Below, piece by piece: positions 46,389-56,768 of a DNA stretch of 64,000 bases; position 1 is the stretch's first letter; each line of letters starts with the position of its first letter. A program made the position numbers and the translations under genes. The notes under the pieces were generated by a model that was not told where the DNA came from, ran no database searches, and saw only the letters and a program-made list of their open reading frames with translations. Source of the stretch: a candidate division WWE3 bacterium RAAC2_WWE3_1 (lineage in GTDB: Bacteria > Patescibacteriota > WWE3 > UBA101185 > UBA10185); NCBI GenBank assembly GCA_000503835.1, contig CP006914.1, positions 239,341 through 303,340 of the forward strand, in the 5' to 3' direction.

Positions 46389-47075
46389 ATGTTTATGTCT
46401 AAGGCGAAATTATATATTGTATCTACTCCGATTGGAAATATGGCTGATATTACTTTGAGAGCCCTTGAAACTCTTAAGGGCGTGGACATGATATTATCGG
46501 AGGATACACGGGAGACCGACAAGTTACTAAAAAGATATTCCTTTTCAAAACCCCAGCTGTCCTATAGAGACCAGAATCATGCGAGGGTAATAGAACAGGT
46601 AAAGGAAATGCTCAGGAACGGAAAGTCACTTGCTCTTGTCTCGGACAGCGGCACCCCGTTGATATCTGATCCCGGCTTTAAGCTGGTCAGAGATCTTACA
46701 GCGGAAAATATTGAGGTCGAAGCAATACCCGGACCTTCTGCCGTTACTGCCGCTCTCTCAATATCCGGACTTCCTACCGATAAATTCCTGTTTCTGGGTT
46801 TTCTCCCAAAAGGCAAGTTTCAGGTAGAAAAGTTTTTTGAAAAGTACTCCGGGATCGATGCGACCTTGATATTTTATGAGTCTCCGTTTAGACTGTCGGG
46901 GTCTATGCAAATTGCCCAAAAAGTATTAGGACATAGGCAGGCTTGTGTGTGCAACGACATCACCAAAATGTACGAGGAAGTTGTCAGGGGCAGTTTAGAA
47001 GAAATCTCAGATCATTATTCAAAAAAGAAAATTAAGGGCGAGTTTGTTGTGCTGATAGCAAAGAAAGATTACTAA
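46389..47075 (+). CDS. rsmI: 16S rRNA (C1402) 2'-O-methyltransferase
   Basis: LYIVSTPIGN..DIT.RA, EDTR, VSDSGTPLISDPG, YESPFR. Confidence 0.96.
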   Translation: MFMSKAKLYIVSTPIGNMADITLRALETLKGVDMILSEDTRETDKLLKRYSFSKPQLSYRDQNHARVIEQVKEMLRNGKSLALVSDSGTPLISDPGFKLVRDLTAENIEVEAIPGPSAVTAALSISGLPTDKFLFLGFLPKGKFQVEKFFEKYSGIDATLIFYESPFRLSGSMQIAQKVLGHRQACVCNDITKMYEEVVRGSLEEISDHYSKKKIKGEFVVLIAKKDY

Positions 47076-47076
47076 A

Positions 47077-49143
47077 ATGGACAAGGTCTTTATAGAGGAA
47101 AAAGAATACGTTGAAAAAGTAAAGAATTCTGTAAAGCAGACACTCGCTGAATTGGAAGAAACGCTGAAAAGTGTCGGTATCTCTAATCTGAATAGACTAA
47201 AAGAACTCAAACAGGAGGGGGAGTTTGGTCCGGATTTTTTAATGTTCCTCGAGCAACTTCATGAAAAAAACGCTTCTCTCAATTTAAAGGATAAATTTAC
47301 AAGACTCGAAGAACTGAAGTATTTGTTATCACAGCCCTATTTTGCACGCATCGATCTTAAACATAAAAAATTAACGGAAAATATTTATATCGGTAAATTC
47401 GGACTTGCTGAATCAAGTCCCTCGGTAACGGACTGGCGTGCAAAAATAGCTTCTGTTTACTACAGATACAGGTATCCGCAGAAAGACGTTTATTACGATA
47501 CACCGGGCGGCGTTGAAAAAAGGGATCTCCTGCTAAAGAGAACGTACGAAATCTCTGACGGGGAGCTGATCAAATACTACAACAACGACATACAAATGGA
47601 CGAAAATGAAGTAATCATCGATAAAATCGGAAAGAAAACGGGAGGTGTCCTGGAAGACATCGTAGAAACTATCCAGCAGTCTCAGATGGATATTATCGAA
47701 TCCGACCCCAGACAGATATGTATAGTGCAGGGTTGTGTCGGTAGCGGGAAAAGTACCGTCGCGATACACAAACTTGCCCACATTTTTTTCAATTACCCGA
47801 AGCTGATTCATTCGGAAAAATCTATAGTTGTAGCAAAAAATCAGATACTTGTGGGCTATCTTTCTACGCTGTTCCCCAGGCTCGGAATCTTCGATATAAA
47901 CTACAAAACGGTAAGGGAAATACTGGTTAACCTGATTTTCCGCGAGCAGATACAAATCAAAACCGAACTTGATACACCGGGGGATTTAATGAACTTTAGA
48001 TTGAAAGATCTTAAAAAGCTCCACATTTCTTTGGAAAAAATTCACGGTTCCTACGAAAGAAAGCTTTCCGATCTATTTAAAGTGACGGAATTCGAGCCTT
48101 TTGGCGGGTATAAATATTCAACCAATATGTCTCCGTCTGAAAATATCAACGAGATACTTACAGAACTTGAAGAAGAGCTTACGAACCAAAAGGACGAGCT
48201 TAAAGAACTACCGAATGATTCAATAAAAGCCTATCTGTGCAGAGAAAATATAAAAAGTTTAAGGAAGCTGGTCAACAAGCTGGCGGATATGAAAAATGAC
48301 ATCAAGATTAACGAGGTCTCGGAGATGGCAAAAGCCTTTGGAATTGACCCAAAACAGCACCTGACTTACGCCCAATCTATACTGTATGTCTATATTTATC
48401 TATCGCTCATGGGAATTCAAAAACACCCCACTTACGAGTACTGCGTCGTAGACGAGGGGCAGGATTTTTCTCCTTTGGAATACGCGATAATGTCAAAAGT
48501 GGTTCTCAGGGGCAGATTTGGAATATTCGGAGATTTAAACCAGTCGCTTGACCCGTCGGGTATTGCGAGGTGGGAGGATCTCTTTGACATTATAAAAGAA
48601 GCCAAAACATCGGTGAGATTTGAGCTATCGACAAACTACAGGAGCACCCGGCCGATTATTGAGTTCGCACGTAATATACTGGCTCCGTACACAAAAGACT
48701 TCATGCCCGAATCAATAAACAGGAAGGGTGAACAGCCCGCTGCAAAGATGGTCAGTTCCGCCGACGATGTAGTCAGCGGATTTTTATCGGATATTAAAGA
48801 GGACGTCAAGATTCTGAATAAAAGTATAGGCGTTATCTGCTACGAAAAATCTTTGTTTGACAGGATTACAACCGAAATGAAGAAAATTATCAAAAATAAG
48901 GAAAATCTGGTCATCTTAGACTCCGGAACACGTGTGAACTACATCCCTAAAGGCGTGTATGTGATGGACGCCGAAAACTCTAAAGGCCTCGAGTTTTCAA
49001 AGGTGTATGTTCTCGGGTTAAATCCCGGCGAAATAAAAACCTTTGAGGAAGCGAGAAGAGCTTTTGTGGTTACTACCAGAGCAATGAATGAACTGGTAAT
49101 ATATGGTGTAAGGGAACATGAAAAAACTAATAGAAAAGATTAA
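47077..49143 (+). CDS. HelD-like SF1 (UvrD family) ATPase
   Basis: PYFARID, YIGK, DWRA.IAS.YY, DIVETIQ..Q, QG..GSGKS, VDEGQD, GDLNQ, NYRST, KGLEF, TRA. Confidence 0.85.
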   Translation: MDKVFIEEKEYVEKVKNSVKQTLAELEETLKSVGISNLNRLKELKQEGEFGPDFLMFLEQLHEKNASLNLKDKFTRLEELKYLLSQPYFARIDLKHKKLTENIYIGKFGLAESSPSVTDWRAKIASVYYRYRYPQKDVYYDTPGGVEKRDLLLKRTYEISDGELIKYYNNDIQMDENEVIIDKIGKKTGGVLEDIVETIQQSQMDIIESDPRQICIVQGCVGSGKSTVAIHKLAHIFFNYPKLIHSEKSIVVAKNQILVGYLSTLFPRLGIFDINYKTVREILVNLIFREQIQIKTELDTPGDLMNFRLKDLKKLHISLEKIHGSYERKLSDLFKVTEFEPFGGYKYSTNMSPSENINEILTELEEELTNQKDELKELPNDSIKAYLCRENIKSLRKLVNKLADMKNDIKINEVSEMAKAFGIDPKQHLTYAQSILYVYIYLSLMGIQKHPTYEYCVVDEGQDFSPLEYAIMSKVVLRGRFGIFGDLNQSLDPSGIARWEDLFDIIKEAKTSVRFELSTNYRSTRPIIEFARNILAPYTKDFMPESINRKGEQPAAKMVSSADDVVSGFLSDIKEDVKILNKSIGVICYEKSLFDRITTEMKKIIKNKENLVILDSGTRVNYIPKGVYVMDAENSKGLEFSKVYVLGLNPGEIKTFEEARRAFVVTTRAMNELVIYGVREHEKTNRKD

Positions 49144-50668
49144 TCTGGTCCTTTTCGGAGTGTTGGTTCCTGCCGTAATACTAAGGCTTTTTAACCTGGG
49201 CTACTCAGACTATCAGGGTGATGAAATAAAAGCCCTTTATCTGCCGGAGGACGGACAGAATTTCTTCAGCTATCTTATGGACCAGAGAAAAGGTCCCGTC
49301 CAATTCATTGTTACCTATCTTTTAAAGTTTCTAAACCCCGATTACACGAATCAGCTGGTGATTAGATTGCCCTTTGCCCTGGCAGGAATACTTTCGGTTT
49401 TCTTCCTTTACAAGCTTGTGCAGATACATTTCAGGAAAAGAGCGGCGTTGATTTCAGCACTTCTTCTCGGAAGCAACGGTTTTTTTGTGGCATTTTCGCG
49501 TATTGTTCAATATCAGTCGTTCGTAATACTTTTTATGATACTCGCTCTGTACATGCTAAGTTTAGCTGTTAAAAGACCGGACTATAAACATAAGGGCGTT
49601 ATCCTCGCATTTATTTTCTGGGCCCTTGGTATACTTTCACATTACGATGCGGTTTTCATCTTTCCATTCGTCGTATACCTGATGTCCGTGTGGCTCAAGA
49701 GAAACTTTAAAAAGGACCCTGCAGCATTAAGAACCATTATTACATCTATCGCCGTGTTCGGTGTTCTTCTTTTAGCTTTTTATATACCTTTTGTACTTTC
49801 TATTTCTGAATCAACGCTTTCTTATTGGTCGGGGAGAATTTCGGGAGATGTTTCCGCTAAGATATCTAGTTCAAAATACCTGTTTTCGGTCTACCAGCCC
49901 ATCTATGTCGTCCACTTTTACGTCCTGGCTTCCTTGCTGGGACTGGCATTTCTTTACTACAAAGCTTATGGTGTAAAACTGCCCACGAAGATTAAGCTTA
50001 AAAGTGCGGCGTCCTACATAGCTTTATTTATCTGGTTCTTCATACCTTTTGCCTTTATGGAGTGGCTTGTTTACATACCGGGCACGCACATTTACGTCTA
50101 TATTTTGCCGATAATTATAATAATTTCTATCGGACTCGATGGTCTTCTCGACTTTTTTTCTGAGAAACTTCCAGCTACGATTTTTGCGTGGGCGTACCAG
50201 GTTATACTTTTTTTAATATTCACATTTATATTTGCGCAAAGTTACGCGGTTTTCGTGGATAATACAAAGGAGTATCCGTGGGAAGAGGAAAAATTTTTCG
50301 CATGGACCTTTCCTGAACCCACTCCTATTTACCATCTAAGTCTTTTTGGGTTTCCTTACTACAGGGATTGGGAAGGTATTTCGGCGTTTATTAAACAATA
50401 TCCCGAAATAGCCGCTTACTCTACCAACGAAAGAAAATCTATCGTAAGATATTACGTGCCTCTCGAAAAGGATACGAACAAGGCGGGGTTTTACATTCAC
50501 ATCCGAAATCCCCAGACGTTTACTGAAACCGCTTCAGGAGAAAAGTCTGAATATTGGATGGAGAAGTATGATCCTATATTTACACTGACTAAAGCTAACC
50601 AGGATTACGTAAGGATGTATATTATGGAGCCCGGAACACTAAAAGAAATAAATGAGAGGGGATATTAA
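49118..50668 (+). CDS. GT-C glycosyltransferase (ArnT/PMT, GT39/83-like)
   Basis: LRLFNLG....DE, RLP.AL.G, FSRI, multiple TMs. Confidence 0.8.
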   Translation: MKKLIEKINLVLFGVLVPAVILRLFNLGYSDYQGDEIKALYLPEDGQNFFSYLMDQRKGPVQFIVTYLLKFLNPDYTNQLVIRLPFALAGILSVFFLYKLVQIHFRKRAALISALLLGSNGFFVAFSRIVQYQSFVILFMILALYMLSLAVKRPDYKHKGVILAFIFWALGILSHYDAVFIFPFVVYLMSVWLKRNFKKDPAALRTIITSIAVFGVLLLAFYIPFVLSISESTLSYWSGRISGDVSAKISSSKYLFSVYQPIYVVHFYVLASLLGLAFLYYKAYGVKLPTKIKLKSAASYIALFIWFFIPFAFMEWLVYIPGTHIYVYILPIIIIISIGLDGLLDFFSEKLPATIFAWAYQVILFLIFTFIFAQSYAVFVDNTKEYPWEEEKFFAWTFPEPTPIYHLSLFGFPYYRDWEGISAFIKQYPEIAAYSTNERKSIVRYYVPLEKDTNKAGFYIHIRNPQTFTETASGEKSEYWMEKYDPIFTLTKANQDYVRMYIMEPGTLKEINERGY

Positions 50669-50674
50669 ACCGGC

Positions 50675-51163
50675 ATGCCTGCCTTTTTAAAAGTTTTCAT
50701 CGAGTCGGCGAGTTTTTTCGGAAATAATATTCCCATTGTAGCAGTTGCGTCTCTCTCATTTATAGCCTACCTCGTGGTATCGGGTTATTTAAGAGAAGCC
50801 GGTGTTTTTTTCCTTTCTATATTCAGTCTTCTGTATTCAGTACTCCTAAAAAATATTTTCAGAATCCCGAGGCTGGATACGTATGCTGGCGATCCCACCA
50901 AACTCGGGGATATGTATAGATTTCCCAGCAGTCATGTAATATTTTACGTTTCCTTTTGGGGTTTATTACTTTTTTTAACTTTCAAAAAAGATGTTTTCGG
51001 GGACGGTTTGGCTGTGTACCTTCTCCGTATAATAAGCGTTTATCACTTACTTTTTGTCGGCATATCGAGAGTATTCATAGGGGCACACACAGTACAGGAT
51101 GTTGTAGCGGGGTATGTTTTCGGGGCAGTATATCTTGCAGTACTGATATACCTAAGCAGGTAG
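50675..51163 (+). CDS. PAP2 family phosphatase
   Basis: K.IFRIPR, FPSSH, SRVFIGAH...DV.AG. Confidence 0.9.
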   Translation: MPAFLKVFIESASFFGNNIPIVAVASLSFIAYLVVSGYLREAGVFFLSIFSLLYSVLLKNIFRIPRLDTYAGDPTKLGDMYRFPSSHVIFYVSFWGLLLFLTFKKDVFGDGLAVYLLRIISVYHLLFVGISRVFIGAHTVQDVVAGYVFGAVYLAVLIYLSR

Positions 51164-51541
51164 CAGAACGAAGAAATAAGGCCAAAATATCAGGATAAGT
51201 ATAACAAGTGCTGTAATGGCGGTTATAAGAACAAAGCCGGCGGATAAATCCTTTATCACCTTCACGCCTTCGTCAAAGTCTTTTATAAAAAAGTCGATTG
51301 TGTCCTCGACAACAGTATTGAGAACCTCAGCCATTAAAAGCAGACCCATCGAAAGTATCAGAAGACCCCACTCAGCGTTCGTTATTTTAAAACGGGCGCC
51401 CAGCAAAACAGAAATAACGACAATTACAACTTGAACCCTAAAGTTAGGTTCTTCCACCAAAGCATGAAAAATTCCTGTGAACGCGTGTTTGAAACTTCGG
51501 GCGTGTCTTAACGGGTGATGGGATTTTAAGAAACCGAACAT
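51152..51541 (-). CDS. dgkA: Diacylglycerol/undecaprenol kinase
   Basis: SFKHAF.GI, EPNFR, AEVLNTVVE..ID, KDLSAGFV. Confidence 0.9.
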   Translation of the reverse strand: MFGFLKSHHPLRHARSFKHAFTGIFHALVEEPNFRVQVVIVVISVLLGARFKITNAEWGLLILSMGLLLMAEVLNTVVEDTIDFFIKDFDEGVKVIKDLSAGFVLITAITALVILILIFWPYFFVLLPA

Positions 51542-51561
51542 GGTACTATAATATCACAAGT

Positions 51562-52623
51562 ATGCCAAAATTTACGTTAAAAAAACTTATCAAATATCTG
51601 CTAATCGGCATACCCGTAGCTTTAATACTCTGGTTTTTCTTACTTAGGCCAAAACAACTCACGTCGCTTGTAAGAAAGGTCGAAACCGAGAACAGAATAG
51701 TGTCGCGAACCGTCTCGGCAAGCGGTCAGGTTAAAGCTAATAAGCAGGCCGATCTTACGTTTATGTCAGCGGGAAAGATTTCGGAAATTTTAGTTAAAAA
51801 GGGTGATGACGTAAAACAGGGTCAACTCCTGGCTTATCTTGACGGTTCAACCCAGTTTCAGACCAGCCAATCCTATAAGGACGCCCGTGACGTCGCTATA
51901 AGAAATAAAGAACTATATGAAAAAGAAAAAGAAACCAACATCAAGACCCTCGGCGGAGAGGATGCGTATAGTATAAAAATAAGGCAGCTGAGTGAACTTG
52001 TAAGCCAGGCAGAGGCGTCATATCAAGCTCAATTGTCTATACTCAATAACTCTTATATTTACGCTCCGTTTGACGGAACAATTATCGAAGTTAACAAAAA
52101 GGCTGGCGAGACGGCTGTAATAGGCGAAGCAGTTATTACGCTAGCGAATGTGAGCAAATTCGTTTTTGAAATATCAATAGACCAGGAGGATTTCGGATAT
52201 ATTAAATTAGAACAGCCGGTTAAAATAAATCTGGATTCCTACGATTCATTCGATATCTACGCTAAGATAGACCAGCTTCCTCTCACGGCAAACACCGCTA
52301 CCGGAGTTTTTGATATAGAAATACCTGTCGCGGGAGATGCAGAACATAGACTGGCAATAGGAATGTCTGGCGACGCTTATATTGATGTCCTGAGTACCGG
52401 AAACGATGTCCGTGCGCTCACAATAGACGAAATATTTTACGACGTTTCGGACAACCCGTTTGTGTGGATCGTGGAAAACGGTAAGCTCAAAAAACTTTAT
52501 GTCGAGCTTGGTGTAGAGGGAGACATTTACACAGAGGTAAAAACTGACGTGAAAGAAGTTGTTATTCCGGCAGAAGACAATCAAAAACTTACCGAAGGAT
52601 ATTTCGCTAAAGTTATAAACTAG
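51562..52623 (+). CDS. Efflux periplasmic adaptor subunit (MacA-like)
   Basis: VSASG.V, GKI.EILVK.GD.VK.GQLLA, IYAPFDGTI. Confidence 0.9.
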   Translation: MPKFTLKKLIKYLLIGIPVALILWFFLLRPKQLTSLVRKVETENRIVSRTVSASGQVKANKQADLTFMSAGKISEILVKKGDDVKQGQLLAYLDGSTQFQTSQSYKDARDVAIRNKELYEKEKETNIKTLGGEDAYSIKIRQLSELVSQAEASYQAQLSILNNSYIYAPFDGTIIEVNKKAGETAVIGEAVITLANVSKFVFEISIDQEDFGYIKLEQPVKINLDSYDSFDIYAKIDQLPLTANTATGVFDIEIPVAGDAEHRLAIGMSGDAYIDVLSTGNDVRALTIDEIFYDVSDNPFVWIVENGKLKKLYVELGVEGDIYTEVKTDVKEVVIPAEDNQKLTEGYFAKVIN

Positions 52624-52624
52624 A

Positions 52625-53296
52625 ATGACTCCCGTATTACAAGCTCAAAATGTATCTAAGATATACGACATGGGTTCTACGAAAATAGAAGCCCTTATGA
52701 ACGTCGACATCGAAATCAATAAAGGAGAATTTGTTGCTATTGTGGGCAAATCAGGCTCGGGTAAATCCACCTTGATGCATATTCTGGGGCTTTTAGACAC
52801 TCCCACAGAAGGAGAAATAATCCTTAACGGAATTAACACTAAGGGTATGACGGAAAAAGAATTAGCAGGAGTTAGAAACAGCGAGATAGGTTTTGTTTTT
52901 CAGTCTTTTAACTTACTGCAGCGTACAACCGTTCTGGACAACGTTATCCTCCCTCTTAAATACAGCAGAGTGCCCAGTTCCGAGTGGGAAAAGAAAGCTA
53001 AAGATGTGATCGAAATAGTCGGGTTGCAGAACCGATTAAAAAATAAGTCGAACGAGTTGTCGGGTGGACAAAAGCAAAGGGTTGCAATTGCGAGAGCGAT
53101 GGTAAATGATCCCAGCATGATACTTGCCGATGAACCGACCGGAAATCTCGATACAAAGACCGGAGAGGAAATCATAAATAACTTTCTGAAATTAAATTCT
53201 CAGGGAAAAACGATAATTCTCGTCACGCACGATGACGATTTGGCAAAAATAGCCCAAAGAAAAATAATGTTAAAAGACGGCTGTATTGTTAAATGA
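52625..53296 (+). CDS. ABC ATP-binding protein (MacB/LolD-like)
   Basis: [32 protein letters not shown]. Confidence 0.95.
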   Translation: MTPVLQAQNVSKIYDMGSTKIEALMNVDIEINKGEFVAIVGKSGSGKSTLMHILGLLDTPTEGEIILNGINTKGMTEKELAGVRNSEIGFVFQSFNLLQRTTVLDNVILPLKYSRVPSSEWEKKAKDVIEIVGLQNRLKNKSNELSGGQKQRVAIARAMVNDPSMILADEPTGNLDTKTGEEIINNFLKLNSQGKTIILVTHDDDLAKIAQRKIMLKDGCIVK

Positions 53297-54474
53297 TCTA
53301 CGTTCCTGAAACAATTAAAAGTGCTTTGTCGGCCCTGGCGTTAAACAAAGTGAGAACGTTCCTGACGATGCTCGGTGTAATTATCGGCGTATTTTCCGTA
53401 GTAGCTCTGGTGGCCGTAGTACAGGGTTTTCAGAATTACATCACGGATCAGTTCGAATCGTTAGGTTCAAATTTGATATTGGTCACGCCTAAGATGAGCC
53501 AAGATCACGACCCCGGCAGAACTTTCATGGGGAATAGACTCAGTCTCAAAAACGTCGACACAATAAATCTATATGTCGGAGACAAAATAAGTGTGGTCAC
53601 GCCGTCGATACGTATCGCAAAAGTTGCGGAATATAAAAGTAAAGCTTATTCGGGGACAGTTGTAGGTGGAAATTACCAGTCATACTCCGTATATGGATTA
53701 GAAAAAGAATTCGGTTCCTACTATACAAAATCAGACGACTTGAATAAAGCTAATGTGGTGTTCATAAGCTCGGATGTTAAAAAAGAACTATTCGGAGATC
53801 GAAACCCGGTGGGTGAGAAGATCAAAATAGAAAATACAACTTTCGAAGTTCTGGGTGTTGCAAAACCAAAAAGTCCTACTTTCGATGACAGGATATTTAT
53901 GCCGGACACTTCACTGAAGGCGGCTTTTAACGTTGAGGTTTTGTCTAGTATTGCCGTAAAAGCCAAGGACGGCCAGGATCTTAACGAACTGATGCGCGAA
54001 ATAAAGCTGGCTTTGTTAAAAGACATGAAATCCGATGATTTTTCGGTTGTAACACAAAAAGATGTGCTGTCGTCCATAGATCAGATCTTAAGTGTCCTGT
54101 CTTCTGCGTTGGCCGCTGTAGCAGGTATCTCACTGCTCGTGGGAGGTATAGGAATCATGAATATAATGCTTGTTTCGGTCACGGAGCGCACCCGGGAAAT
54201 TGGGCTTAGGAAAGCGTTGGGTGCCACATCGAAGAACATAGGCGCACAGTTTTTGATTGAGGCCATAGTTATAAGCCTCGGCGGCGGTATCGTCGGATTA
54301 TCTCTCGGTTATCTTTCCACGCTGGCTGTAAGCAGCCTTGTACGGGCGGCAATACCCTGGTGGGCTATTGTACTGGCTCTGGGATTTTCTATATTGGTCG
54401 GCGTCATATTCGGAACTTATCCTGCCCTTAGTGCAAGTAAAAAAGACCCGATCGAATCCTTAAGATTTGAGTAG
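53293..54474 (+). CDS. ABC permease (MacB/FtsX family)
   Basis: RTFLTMLGVIIGV, GGIGIMNIMLVSVTERTREIG.RKALGA. Confidence 0.95.
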   Translation: MIYVPETIKSALSALALNKVRTFLTMLGVIIGVFSVVALVAVVQGFQNYITDQFESLGSNLILVTPKMSQDHDPGRTFMGNRLSLKNVDTINLYVGDKISVVTPSIRIAKVAEYKSKAYSGTVVGGNYQSYSVYGLEKEFGSYYTKSDDLNKANVVFISSDVKKELFGDRNPVGEKIKIENTTFEVLGVAKPKSPTFDDRIFMPDTSLKAAFNVEVLSSIAVKAKDGQDLNELMREIKLALLKDMKSDDFSVVTQKDVLSSIDQILSVLSSALAAVAGISLLVGGIGIMNIMLVSVTERTREIGLRKALGATSKNIGAQFLIEAIVISLGGGIVGLSLGYLSTLAVSSLVRAAIPWWAIVLALGFSILVGVIFGTYPALSASKKDPIESLRFE

Positions 54475-54475
54475 A

Positions 54476-54919
54476 TTAGCGCGAAGCCTTTTCGTACACG
54501 AGCATGTAGTTCTTCCCGTCCATAAGATTCGTATCGTCCATTTTTAAGGTGATATCGGTATCGCCGTCGAGCATTTTCCACCGCATAGTTTCGGTAGACT
54601 TTATATTGTTTACATGGTCAATCTCACTGCCATACGAATAAGCGGTACGGTCGAATGAAAAATCCGCGTTATTCTCCTTGATTTTTAATAACAGATCGGA
54701 GGCTGAATCAACACTTTTTGATTGCTGAGTGTATATTTTTGTGTAAGCCGGGGCCTTTACGGTTAGTGACACGGTGATATTTTTTACTTCCGGATTTTCT
54801 TCTTCCAGCGTACCTGCCGTGGAGACCGGTACACCCTTTAAAACCGACCTGACATAAAAAAAGGAGAGTGTAAGAAAAACTATGTATAAAGGCACCAGAA
54901 GTTTGTTTAGCTTTTGCAT
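54476..54919 (-). CDS. Membrane-anchored protein, possibly DUF4430-like beta-grasp
   Basis: TM; YSYG..ID.VN.I......W......G pattern. Confidence 0.65.
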   Translation of the reverse strand: MQKLNKLLVPLYIVFLTLSFFYVRSVLKGVPVSTAGTLEEENPEVKNITVSLTVKAPAYTKIYTQQSKSVDSASDLLLKIKENNADFSFDRTAYSYGSEIDHVNNIKSTETMRWKMLDGDTDITLKMDDTNLMDGKNYMLVYEKASR

Positions 54920-54978
54920 ACCGTTATTTTAGCAGATTGCGGTGGTATAATTTATTCGAATTGTAAGACTTTCTACTG

Positions 54979-55055
54979 GCCTCCATAGCTCAGCGGATCA
55001 GAGCACTCGTCTTCGGAACGAGGGGTCGGGGGTTCGAATCCCTCTGGGGGCGCCA
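54979..55055 (+). tRNA. tRNA-Arg(TCG)
   Basis: CTCGT-CT-TCG-GA-ACGAG; GGTTCGAATCC; CCA end. Confidence 0.95.
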
Positions 55056-55145
55056 AGAAATTTTGATGGGACAATCCATGTTTCAAAAATACAAATATTT
55101 TATTAATATCCCATCACAATCAGACCGCGCAATGAGGAGAAACTT

Positions 55146-55766
55146 ATGTTAATAGCTTTCGAGGGAGGGGAAGGTTCGGGAAAAGGAACTCAAATCGAAA
55201 TGTTAAAGAAGTCTTTGGCAAACCTGGGATATGACGTTCTGGACATCATTGAACCCGGCGGAACGCCCGTAGGTCAGACAATAAGAAACATTTTGCTGGA
55301 TCGTAAGGACCTGGATATCCTTGGAATTACTGAAGTTTTTCTGTTCTCAGCCTCACGTGCTCAGCAGGTAAGAACCGTAACAAGGCCCGCGCTCAAGCAG
55401 GGAAAGATTGTTCTATCAGATCGCAGTTTCTACTCGACTTACGCCTATCAGGGAGCCGGTAGAAGGCAACCCAAAGAACTGCTCGAACAACTTACTAGTT
55501 TTGCCGTGGGCGAAACCACACCGGATTTAGTAATTTTACTCGATTTATCGCCGGAAGTCGGTCTAGCCAGAAAAAAGGACCAGAATAAAATTAACCGTCT
55601 GGACGCAGAGACTTTAGAGTTTCACAAAAATGTCCGTGATGCTTATCTCACAATGGCTGAAACGAACCCTAAACTGTGGAGGGTAGTTAACGCGGAGACC
55701 GGAGTTGAAGAAATTCATTCCCGTATTAAAACAATTGTCTTCGAAGCCCTGAAAATAGACAGATAG
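55146..55766 (+). CDS. tmk: Thymidylate kinase
   Basis: IAFEGGEGSGKGTQ, EPGGT, DR...ST.AYQG, PDLVILLD. Confidence 0.96.
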   Translation: MLIAFEGGEGSGKGTQIEMLKKSLANLGYDVLDIIEPGGTPVGQTIRNILLDRKDLDILGITEVFLFSASRAQQVRTVTRPALKQGKIVLSDRSFYSTYAYQGAGRRQPKELLEQLTSFAVGETTPDLVILLDLSPEVGLARKKDQNKINRLDAETLEFHKNVRDAYLTMAETNPKLWRVVNAETGVEEIHSRIKTIVFEALKIDR

Positions 55767-55824
55767 TTTTGCAACAGTGCCTTCAAAACTCTGAAAAAGA
55801 TTTGGGCGTTAACCTTTTAGCAAT

Positions 55825-55853
55825 TTGAAACAGCCCGGTTTTTCATATACAAT
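55825..55853 (+). promoter_or_regulatory. sigma70 promoter TTGAAA-17-TACAAT
   Basis: Near-consensus hexamers with 17-nt spacer. Confidence 0.6.
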
Positions 55854-55880
55854 CCCATTCACTAGAAAAGGAGAGTTAAA

Positions 55881-56084
55881 ATGCCCGATAGTATGATATT
55901 TGTGGAGCAGGTGATAAAGATGGTGTTGAAAGAGGAAGGCTCGATAGACAGGTCGGAGCTTATTCATAAAGTTGCTTTGCAAATGAAACTTCCCGAGCTC
56001 GAACCTTTCATAGAGTCGACGCTCGGTATCATGGTCGGTAACAAAAGCGTTAAAGTGGACGAGAATGGGAAAGTATACATCTAG
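55881..56084 (+). CDS. Small hypothetical protein (possible winged helix)
   Basis: SD AAGGAG; 67 aa helix-helix-helix-wing pattern. Confidence 0.65.
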   Translation: MPDSMIFVEQVIKMVLKEEGSIDRSELIHKVALQMKLPELEPFIESTLGIMVGNKSVKVDENGKVYI

Positions 56085-56203
56085 TCAGATTCATGAACGG
56101 ACATTCGGAAAATTTAAAAATCCCTATGTCCGTTTTCTTTTCTTGCTTAAACTGTCCCATAAAATATAATTTAAGGTATGAAACTAAAATAGCTGATTCT
56201 TTA

Positions 56204-56677
56204 ATGGCAGGCGTAGGATTTGGAACAGCTTCGGGAATTATTACAACATTGGGCATGATAGTAGGACTTTATTCTTCATCGTCGGACAGGCTGGCTATAA
56301 TAGGAGGTATTTTTACCGTTAGCGTCGCAGATGCTTTATCAGATGCTTTAGGAGAGCATATTTCTGAGGAGTCGAAGAAACACCCAAGTATCGTGGACGT
56401 ACGCAACATTACCATTTCCACCTTTTTTTCTAAACTTCTAATCGGTCTTTCTTTTGTAATTCCCTTTATTCTTCTGCCTATAAACTCGGCTGTCGTGATC
56501 AGTGTTATTTATTCGGCCCTCGTTTTGACCATGCTGAGCCTGAGAATTTCAAAAAGGACTGGACAGAACCGGTACGAAGTAATAACCGAGCATTTGCTGA
56601 TAGGATTAGCCGTTGTCATCATTACCTTTTTTCTGGGAAAATGGGTAGAAACTGCTTTTGATAATACTTCGCTGTAG
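56204..56677 (+). CDS. VIT1/CCC1-family membrane protein (N-terminus possibly frameshifted)
   Basis: GFG..SGIITTLGMIVGL, ADALSDALGEHISEES. Confidence 0.8.
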   Translation: MAGVGFGTASGIITTLGMIVGLYSSSSDRLAIIGGIFTVSVADALSDALGEHISEESKKHPSIVDVRNITISTFFSKLLIGLSFVIPFILLPINSAVVISVIYSALVLTMLSLRISKRTGQNRYEVITEHLLIGLAVVIITFFLGKWVETAFDNTSL

Positions 56678-56693
56678 TATAATTGGCGGGTTT

Positions 56694-56768
56694 GGGGACG
56701 TAGCTCAGTGGTAGAGCAACCGGCTCTTAACCGGTTTGTCGTGGGTTCAAATCCCACCGTCCTCACCA
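56694..56768 (+). tRNA. tRNA-Lys(CTT)
   Basis: ACCGG-CT-CTT-AA-CCGGT; GGTTCAAATCC; CCA end. Confidence 0.95.
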
